Source of the DNA: Microcystis aeruginosa NIES-843
Lineage (GTDB): Bacteria; Cyanobacteriota; Cyanobacteriia; Cyanobacteriales; Microcystaceae
Direction of reading: 5' to 3'
Length of the DNA stretch: 32,000 bases
NCBI RefSeq assembly: GCF_000010625.1
Contig: NC_010296.1
Coordinates: 3,270,001-3,302,000, forward strand
In this document: positions 25,184-32,000 of the stretch, one piece after another
Layout of the letters: the number at the start of each line of letters is the position of its first letter
How positions within the stretch are numbered: position 1 is the first letter of the stretch
Position numbers and translations under genes: made by a program
The notes under the pieces: generated by a model
What the model was told of the DNA's origin: nothing
What the model saw: only the letters and a program-made list of their open reading frames with translations
Databases searched by the model: none

Positions 25184-25819
25184 ATGGCTCTCCAATTGGG
25201 TGATATCGTTCCAGATTTTACACAAGATTCTAGTGAAGGTCCGATTTCTTTTCACCAGTGGGTAGGAGATAGCTGGGTGGTGCTGTTCTCGCACCCGGCT
25301 GATTATACCCCCGTTTGTACCACGGAATTAGGTACGGTGGCTAGTCTTAAGTCAGAATTTGAGCGACGTAATGTGAAAGTGATCGCTTTGAGTGTGGATA
25401 GTGCCGAATCCCATCGGGGTTGGATTAATGACATCAACGAAACTCAAAACACTACCGTTAACTATCCGATTATCGCCGATGGCGATCGCAAAGTGTCCGA
25501 TCTCTACGGCATGATTCACCCCAATTCCCTCAACAATCTCACGGTACGTTCGGTGTTTATCATCGATCCCAACAAAAAATTACGTTTAACCATTACCTAT
25601 CCTGCCAGCACGGGACGCAATTTTAACGAGATACTGCGGGTGATTGACTCCCTGCAGCTCACCGATAACTATCAAGTGGCTACCCCCGCTAACTGGACCG
25701 ACGGCGGCGATTGTGTGGTGGTTCCCTCTATTCCCACTGAAGAAGCTCGTAGCAAATTCCCCAAAGGAGTTGAAGAAATCAAACCCTATCTACGCATGAC
25801 TCCCCAACCTAATAAGTAG
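25184..25819 (+). CDS. 1-Cys peroxiredoxin (Prx6-like)
   Basis: 211 aa. The motif FSHPADYTPVCTTELG contains the peroxidatic Cys. No resolving-Cys motif is evident. Confidence 0.88.
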   Translation: MALQLGDIVPDFTQDSSEGPISFHQWVGDSWVVLFSHPADYTPVCTTELGTVASLKSEFERRNVKVIALSVDSAESHRGWINDINETQNTTVNYPIIADGDRKVSDLYGMIHPNSLNNLTVRSVFIIDPNKKLRLTITYPASTGRNFNEILRVIDSLQLTDNYQVATPANWTDGGDCVVVPSIPTEEARSKFPKGVEEIKPYLRMTPQPNK

Positions 25820-26016
25820 GGTTTGCGGCAAAAAGTTTTTCCTGGTGGCAGGGTGTGGGGTGTAGGGTTTTACCAGTTTTGAGGTGGCCAATTACCTAAT
25901 TTTCAGGGAAAAAGTGCCTAAATTTCCCCCGATCACTCCCATATCCAGTACTTTTTGATTGACAAAAGGTCTAAAAGTCTTACCCAACAAGGTTTTTAGC
26001 TTTATTCAGCCAGCCC
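25819..26016 (-). mobile_element. MITE family A, copy 3 (shortest, two heptamer units)
   Basis: TA flanks lie at 25817-25818 and 26017-26018. It starts at the third base of the peroxiredoxin stop codon. Confidence 0.85.
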
Positions 26017-26267
26017 TAATTAGTGACCGGTAATCAGTGAACCAGATCCTGGAAAACTGGCAATCCGAAAACCATAAAGTCGTCAGGGAGGGTTAGCCAT
26101 CCGTTTTAACGGGTGGTAGCCCTGGCAACAGGGGATTTATCTCCCTCTATCATTTATTGGTTTGATTGTCAATATATTTTTTCATCGGAAATTTTGGGTC
26201 TGAAACCCCGCCGTTTTACGGCGGCTTTACTGTTAAATATTAGAACATTTACGAAATATATGCTAAA

Positions 26268-27464
26268 ATGTCAGGTATGGAAAAAGCCTATTCTTACCGA
26301 TTTTACCCCACACCAGAACAAGAGTCGCTATTGCGGCGCACATTGGGCTGTGTAAGATTGGTTTACAATAAAGCTCTCCACGAACGAACACAAGCTTGGT
26401 ACGAAAAGCAAGAAAGAGTAGGCTACGCTCAAACTTCTTCAATGTTGACCGATTGGAAAAAGCAAGAAGAATTAGACTTTCTCAACGAAGTTAGCTGTGT
26501 ACCTTTACAACAAGGCTTAAGACATTTACAAACAGCTTTTACTAATTTCTTTGCTGGTCGGACTAAGTATCCTAACTTTAAGAAAAAACATCAAGGAGGA
26601 AGTGCCGAATTTACCAAATCTGCTTTTAAGTTCAAAGACAAACAAATCTATTTAGCCAAATGCACAGAACCCTTACCTATTCGATGGTCAAGACAAATAC
26701 CAGAAAGCTGTGAACCAAGCACAGTAACAGTCAGATTACATCCCTCAGGACGTTGGCATATTTCAATTAGATTTGATGACCCAACGATTAAGCCTTTACC
26801 AGTAACAGATAAAGCCATTGGAATTGACTTAGGAATTAGTAGCCTCGTGATTACCAGCGATGGCGATAAAGTGTCTAATCCCAAGCATTTTAAAAAGCAT
26901 TATCGGAGACTGCGAAAGGCCCAAAAAAGCCTTTCTAGAAAACAGAAAGGGTCAAAAAATCGGGAAAAAGCAAGAATCAAAGTAGCCAAGATTCACGCTC
27001 AAATCACCGATAGCAGAAAAGACCATTTACATAAGCTAACCACTCAATTAGTTCGTGAAAACCAAACGGTTGTGGTTGAGAACTTAGCCGTCAAGAATAT
27101 GGTCAAAAACCCGAAATTATCTCAGGCAATATCTGATGTAAGCTGGGGAGAAATTACCCGACAATTAGCCTATAAATGCCGTTGGTATGGAAGAAATTAC
27201 ATCGAAATAGATAGATGGTTTCCTAGCTCTAAAAGGTGTAGTAATTGCGGGCATATTGTCGAAAAGATGCCGTTAAATGTTCGAGAATGGGATTGTCCAG
27301 ACTGTGGGACTCACCATGACCGAGATATTAACGCCAGTAAAAATATTTTGGCCGCAGGGCTTGCGGTGTCAGTCTGTAGAGCGACCATAAGACCAGAACA
27401 GAGTAAATCTGTTAAGGCAGGTGCGGAACCCCGCAAGGGAAAGAAGCAGAAACCTAAATCGTGA
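26268..27464 (+). CDS. tnpB: TnpB RNA-guided endonuclease (IS605 OrfB family), apparently intact
   Basis: 398 aa; the start may instead be the Met at 26277 (MEKAYSYRFYPT, a typical TnpB N-terminus). RuvC motifs are IGIDLGI, VVVENLAVKNM and DRDINASKNI. The zinc finger is CSNCG...CPDCG. Confidence 0.9.
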   Translation: MSGMEKAYSYRFYPTPEQESLLRRTLGCVRLVYNKALHERTQAWYEKQERVGYAQTSSMLTDWKKQEELDFLNEVSCVPLQQGLRHLQTAFTNFFAGRTKYPNFKKKHQGGSAEFTKSAFKFKDKQIYLAKCTEPLPIRWSRQIPESCEPSTVTVRLHPSGRWHISIRFDDPTIKPLPVTDKAIGIDLGISSLVITSDGDKVSNPKHFKKHYRRLRKAQKSLSRKQKGSKNREKARIKVAKIHAQITDSRKDHLHKLTTQLVRENQTVVVENLAVKNMVKNPKLSQAISDVSWGEITRQLAYKCRWYGRNYIEIDRWFPSSKRCSNCGHIVEKMPLNVREWDCPDCGTHHDRDINASKNILAAGLAVSVCRATIRPEQSKSVKAGAEPRKGKKQKPKS

Positions 27465-27506
27465 GGTTTGGGAATCACCGTCCGTTTACGGCGGTGAGGA
27501 TGTCAA
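27350..27506 (+). ncRNA. predicted omega/right-end RNA of TnpB element 2 (5' limit approximate)
   Basis: Same logic as for element 1. The scaffold ends with the 27476-27496 hairpin and TGTCAA. The guide would be read from 27507 (AGTTTTCCTAGATGTG...). Confidence 0.4.
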
Positions 27507-27919
27507 AGTTTTCCTAGATGTGTTACCGGCAGTAGTGCCGAAAAGCAATTTCTTGGCTGGGTTAAAGACAATTCATCGACATATATCTTAACTATAAGTT
27601 AAACTAATATTTAACAAAAATCGGCTTAAGACGAAAAAAACGATTAGCATTATAGCTCCAAATGCTTAGTAGTGGTTAGTTTAGCTAGATTGTAGAGGGA
27701 TGAAATTATCTAGAGATCGAGCAAGGAGCGTCAAGAATTCTGGGTTAGATCTATAAGTAAATTTTATTTTAAGTTTATTTAAGACTGTCATTACTAATGC
27801 AAGGCTGAGTCAGGCAGATTTTCCCGTAGTATCAAAAATGAAACTCGCTCCAATCGTTCAATCTGACTACGAGCGAGAGGCAATTGTAGAGACTGCCGCT
27901 TTCACTAGCATTTAATTAA

Positions 27920-28228
<309 letters not shown>

Positions 28229-28251
28229 TCTCTCTCCAGATCGTCAGAAAA

Positions 28252-28288
28252 CTCCCGTTAAAGCCATGGCTTTAATGGGAGTTATTTT
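28252..28288 (+). terminator. rho-independent terminator of the ferredoxin gene
   Basis: A 14-bp stem, CTCCCGTTAAAGCC/GGCTTTAATGGGAG with one G-U pair, is followed by TTATTTT. Confidence 0.8.
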
Positions 28289-28365
28289 ATGGCTCAAAAA
28301 TTTTTTTCCCTAAACACTTGTGTGTTTTAGCTAAGGGTGCTATGATTGTTAATCGTGGAATTAAT

Positions 28366-28450
28366 GGGTCGGTGCCCGAGTGGTTAATGGGGGCGGACTG
28401 TAAATCCGTTGGCTACGCCTACGCTGGTTCGAATCCGGCCCGGCCCACCA
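28366..28450 (+). tRNA. tRNA-Tyr (anticodon GUA), CCA encoded
   Basis: Acceptor stem GGGTCGG/CCGGCCC. Anticodon arm GCGGA-CTGTAAA-TCCGT. It has a long variable arm, the T-loop GGTTCGAATCC and a terminal ACCA. Confidence 0.9.
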
Positions 28451-28458
28451 CGATCAAT

Positions 28459-28530
28459 GCCCGTGTAGCTCAGTGGTAGAGCACACCCTTGGTAAGGGTG
28501 AGGTCATGAGTTCAATCCTCATCACGGGCT
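28459..28530 (+). tRNA. tRNA-Thr (anticodon GGU)
   Basis: Acceptor stem GCCCGTG/CACGGGC. D arm GCTCAGTGGTAGAGC. Anticodon arm CACCC-TTGGTAA-GGGTG. T arm ATGAGTTCAATCCTCAT. No CCA is encoded. Confidence 0.9.
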
Positions 28531-28580
28531 TTCTCTTTCCTGCTCATTCTCAATCAACAATTGAAGGATGAGATTGAGTA

Positions 28581-28788
28581 GGGTCTCCTGAATAAATCTA
28601 AAAACCTTGTTGGATAATATTTTTAGGCTTTTTTGAAATCAAAAAGTACCGGCCATTGGAGGGATCGGGGGGGAAATTTAGGGACTTTTTCCCTGAAAAT
28701 TAGGTAATTGACCCCCTGAAAATGGTTAAAACCCTACACCCTACACCCCACACCCTACCTCCACCGAAAAACTTTTTGCCGCAAACCC
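28581..28788 (+). mobile_element. MITE family A, copy 4
   Basis: TA flanks lie at 28579-28580 and 28789-28790. It has three heptamer units. It lies between tRNA-Thr (50 bp upstream) and the alpha-mannosidase start (100 bp downstream). Confidence 0.85.
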
Positions 28789-28888
28789 TAAGTAAGTCTT
28801 CAGCACTATTGCGTTAACAGAAGTTCTCCCCTAGCCCAATTAGACATCGATCGCTTAAAATAGTCAAAATTACCTTATTTGTTGGCTC

Positions 28889-31800
28889 ATGTCTCCCCTG
28901 GACAACATCGCTAAACTGTCTCACCTCACCCGCAGAGATGTTCAGAAAAATTGGTTTATCGCTACAGCAGCGGGAAAACCAATTCAACCCGTCACCCTCA
29001 ATGAAAAACAATACATTATTTGGCCTGCCGGCAGACAAATCCAATATCTAACTCAAAAAATTATTGTCCCCGAACATTTAGCCGGTTATCCTTTAGAGGG
29101 AATGGAACTGAGATTAATCTTAACTTGGTGGGCGGAAGATGTCAAAATTTATGTTAATAATCAATTTATCCAAGCAGGAGACCTCTTTGATTCTTCCACG
29201 CGCATTTTACTTTCTAACTCGGTCTCTACCGGTCAAGAAATCTTTGTTACTCTCCGTTTAGTCAGTCCCAATCATGATATTGGTGGTTTGATGAAATCGC
29301 AGTTAATCTATGAATATAGCCAAGCTATCGATCCTAGTTTTGTCGCTGATGAATTAACCATTCTCCATAATTATCTACAAACTTTTTATCCTGAAAACTT
29401 AGCGGCTTTTACCGCTACTCTCGATAATATTGACTGGGATAATGTCACCAACAAAGATAAATTTAATCGCTCCCTAGAATCAATTCGTCAATCCCTACAA
29501 CCCCTCGCTAAACCGCTCAAAGAACGCAGTTTTCATCTTCTCGGCCACGCACATTTGGATCTGGCTTGGTTGTGGCCGTTGGCAGAAACTTGGCAAGTGG
29601 CAAAAAACACTTTTATCTCGGTTTTAAACCTGCAAAAAGATTTTCCTGCCCTCATATTTGGTCATTCTAGTCCCCTAATTTACGAATGGATAGAAAAACA
29701 TCATCCTGACCTGTTTGAAGCAATGCTAGAGGCATATAAAGGGCAATCCTGGGAACTTTTGGGCGGGATGTGGGTAGAACCAGAAGTCAATTTAATTTCT
29801 GGGGAATCCCTATTTCGACAGCTGCTTTATGGACAAAAATATTTTCAAGAAAAATTTGGACAAATCACTGAAACTGCTTGGCTGCCGGATACCTTTGGTT
29901 TTCCCTACCAATTGCCGCAAATTCTTAAATCCTTTGGCATCAAATATTTTGTAACCGGGAAACTACATTGGAATGATACGACTAAATTTCCCCACGGTTT
30001 TTTCTGGTGGCAATCTCCCGATGGCAGTAAAATTCTTTCCCTCATGTCTCCTCCCAATGTTGCTGGAGTTATGGATACTAACCCAATTATTATGACCGAT
30101 CATGCTCTCAATTGGGAACGGCAAACCGGCTTAAAAGAGATTTTTTGGTTGCCTGGTGTTGGCGATCATGGCGGCGGTCCGACTCGTGATATGTTAGAAG
30201 TGGCCCAACGTTGGCAAACATCTCCTTTTTTCCCCCAGTTAAAATTTAGCCAAGCAACAACTTATCTGGACAGTCTGGAGACAAGTAATCTCCCTATCTG
30301 GGATGATGAATTATATCTAGAATTCCATCGGGGTTGTTATACTACCCACGCCGACCAAAAGGCTTATAATCGTTACTGTGAAATCCTCTTGTATCAAGGA
30401 GAATTATGGTCTTCTCTGGCTAATATTTTACTAGAGATTCCCTATCCGAAAGTCGAGATAGAATCCGCCTGGAAAAAGGTTTTATTAAATCAGTTTCATG
30501 ATATACTGCCTGGTACTTCTATACCCGAAGTGTTTAGGGATGCCAATCAGTTATGGCAGCAAGTTATCAGCACAGGTGAAGCAATTTTAGATCAAGCTTT
30601 ACAAGCAATTGCCACTCAAATTAATTTACCTAATCCCCCCCATCCTCAAGCAAAACCTTTTCTAGTTTTTAATTCTCTTAACTGGGAAAGATCCCAGGTT
30701 ATCTCTTTAGCTGTAGAATCTGTAAATTGCTCGGTTTATGACTTAAATAATTGTCTCTGTCCTTCGCAATTATCCCACGACAATCACCTATTATTTCTCG
30801 CTGAAAATATTCCTGCTGTGGGTTATAAGTTATTTTGGTTAGTTCCCAATCAGCAAGCAACCGAGAAAAATTTAACTAACTGCCAATTTATTTTAGATAA
30901 TGGCTTGCTTAAAGTTACTATTAACTCGGAAACGGGGGATATAGATAGTATATTTGATATAATTAATCAAAAAGAAATCCTGCAAGCTGCGGGGAACCAA
31001 TTACAGGGATTTAAAGATCAAGGGCAATATTGGGACGCTTGGAATATCGATCCGAATTATCAACAATATCCCTTACCTAAAACAGTATTAAAATCGATCG
31101 AATGCTTAGAATGTGGTCCCTTGCGCTGGCAGATTCGCGTGATCAGAAGTTTAGCTGATTCGGAATTTTGTCAAGATTATATCTTAGAAAAAGATTCTCC
31201 TATTCTCCAGATTAAAACTATTGTTAATTGGCAGCAAGAACATACTTTAGTAAAAACCGCTTTTCCTCTTACCCTAAACAGCGATTTTACCACCTATGAA
31301 ATTGCCTGTGGTGCGATCGAGCGTTCCCACGAACCAGAATCACCAAAATGGGAAGTTTACGGTCATAAATGGGCGGATTTAACCGATACAGAGGCAAACT
31401 ACGGGGTTAGTCTTTTAAATAATAATAAATATGGCTATGATGCTACTAACCGGCAACTGCGATTAACTCTGTTGAGAAGTCCCCGATGGCCCGATCCCGA
31501 GGCGGATCTGGGGAAACAAGAATTTACCTATGCAATATATCCCCATCAAGGTAACTGGAAAACGGCGAAAACTGTCCATCACGCTTGGCAGTTAAACTCA
31601 CCTGTCACCGTTGTTTTTATTACTAATTCTTCTCAATCAAACCAGTTGCCACCCGTGGCACAATGGTTAAAATTCTCGGCCGATAACTTAATTTTAATGA
31701 GTTTAAAACAAAGTGAAACATCCTTTCGGGGTTGGGTAATGCGCGTTTATGAATGTCAGGGAGAAAACGCTGTTATTGATTGGCAAAATCAATTACAATT

Positions 31801-31897
31801 AACAATAAAAGAATCGATCGACGGTTTAGAAAGAGCGATCGATCCCGTCGAGCAACTTTTTCCTTGGCAGATAGCTACATGGTTATTAAAGAATTAA
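28889..31897 (+). CDS. glycoside hydrolase family 38 alpha-mannosidase
   Basis: 1002 aa. The GH38 catalytic-domain blocks are [32 protein letters not shown] and AWLPDTFGF. The mid and C-terminal domains include [10 protein letters not shown]. Confidence 0.88.
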   Translation: MSPLDNIAKLSHLTRRDVQKNWFIATAAGKPIQPVTLNEKQYIIWPAGRQIQYLTQKIIVPEHLAGYPLEGMELRLILTWWAEDVKIYVNNQFIQAGDLFDSSTRILLSNSVSTGQEIFVTLRLVSPNHDIGGLMKSQLIYEYSQAIDPSFVADELTILHNYLQTFYPENLAAFTATLDNIDWDNVTNKDKFNRSLESIRQSLQPLAKPLKERSFHLLGHAHLDLAWLWPLAETWQVAKNTFISVLNLQKDFPALIFGHSSPLIYEWIEKHHPDLFEAMLEAYKGQSWELLGGMWVEPEVNLISGESLFRQLLYGQKYFQEKFGQITETAWLPDTFGFPYQLPQILKSFGIKYFVTGKLHWNDTTKFPHGFFWWQSPDGSKILSLMSPPNVAGVMDTNPIIMTDHALNWERQTGLKEIFWLPGVGDHGGGPTRDMLEVAQRWQTSPFFPQLKFSQATTYLDSLETSNLPIWDDELYLEFHRGCYTTHADQKAYNRYCEILLYQGELWSSLANILLEIPYPKVEIESAWKKVLLNQFHDILPGTSIPEVFRDANQLWQQVISTGEAILDQALQAIATQINLPNPPHPQAKPFLVFNSLNWERSQVISLAVESVNCSVYDLNNCLCPSQLSHDNHLLFLAENIPAVGYKLFWLVPNQQATEKNLTNCQFILDNGLLKVTINSETGDIDSIFDIINQKEILQAAGNQLQGFKDQGQYWDAWNIDPNYQQYPLPKTVLKSIECLECGPLRWQIRVIRSLADSEFCQDYILEKDSPILQIKTIVNWQQEHTLVKTAFPLTLNSDFTTYEIACGAIERSHEPESPKWEVYGHKWADLTDTEANYGVSLLNNNKYGYDATNRQLRLTLLRSPRWPDPEADLGKQEFTYAIYPHQGNWKTAKTVHHAWQLNSPVTVVFITNSSQSNQLPPVAQWLKFSADNLILMSLKQSETSFRGWVMRVYECQGENAVIDWQNQLQLTIKESIDGLERAIDPVEQLFPWQIATWLLKN

Positions 31898-32000
31898 TCT
31901 TCGTGATCTTCAAAAGGATCGCTTAATTCTGCAGCTGGCGGTCCAAAAGCGGTATAAAGAGCTAAAACGGTAATCCCCACCAAAGCGGCAGCGATCGAAA
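31894..32000 (-). CDS. psbN: photosystem II protein PsbN (5' end outside the window)
   Basis: The minus-strand translation ..[34 protein letters not shown] matches the conserved PsbN TM helix and the DPFE(D/E)H(E/G)D tail. It is absent from the ORF track because it is short and partial. Confidence 0.8.
   Translation of the reverse strand, partial: SIAAALVGITVLALYTAFGPPAAELSDPFEDHED

Larger units (their letters stand above)
26141..27506 (+). mobile_element. IS200/IS605-family element carrying only tnpB, second copy of a different subfamily
   Basis: The 5' flank is TTTAT (26136-26140). The left-end hairpin is CCGCCGttttaCGGCGG (26208-26224) and the right-end hairpin is CACCGTCCGtttaCGGCGGTG (27476-27496). 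It terminates in TGTCAA (27501-27506). The left boundary is inferred by analogy with element 1. Confidence 0.7.

Noticed and set aside
26113-26884. ORFs 26113-26355 (plus) and 26648-26884 (minus)
   Set aside because: The first covers the left-end hairpins of TnpB element 2 and overlaps tnpB out of frame. The second is antisense to tnpB.
28814-29044. 76-aa minus-strand ORF
   Set aside because: It is antisense to the start of the alpha-mannosidase gene.

Overview
Cyanobacterial chromosomal segment. This is supported by many HIP1 GCGATCGC sites and by psbU, psbN, plant-type ferredoxin, nadB, a 1-Cys peroxiredoxin and a tRNA-Tyr/tRNA-Thr pair. The IS/MITE spectrum looks Microcystis-like, but that organism call is inference only. 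Housekeeping genes are interleaved with very dense mobile DNA, roughly one third of the window by my own tally. That DNA comprises two intact TnpB-only IS200/IS605-type elements, a TnpB-less miniature derivative, one ISL3, two IS630, one IS701, a doubly interrupted IS1380 and an IS1634/IS4-like stub. There are also three MITE families: four copies of a TA-flanked MITE, two copies of an ISL3-derived MITE and one IS630-derived MITE. Most insertion junctions could be reconstructed to the base from duplicated target sites or restored reading frames. I found no CRISPR array, no recognisable defence operon and no complete biosynthetic cluster. The items most worth follow-up are listed here. (1) A secreted Gly/Trp/Asn-rich repeat peptide gene (5557-5931) resembles GrrA/OscA-type radical-SAM RiPP precursors; it sits 14 bp after an orphan substrate-binding protein gene and has no adjacent maturase. 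(2) The TnpB elements and the guide-RNA-like orphan element all share a TTTAT 5' flank and a TGTCAA 3' end. (3) A sugar dehydrogenase gene has been destroyed by three different transposable elements plus a frameshift. (4) A G10 tract sits inside a promoter spacer. (5) The main MITE family carries variable G-quadruplex-type heptamer repeats. All functional calls rest on reading the translations by eye; no database search was possible.
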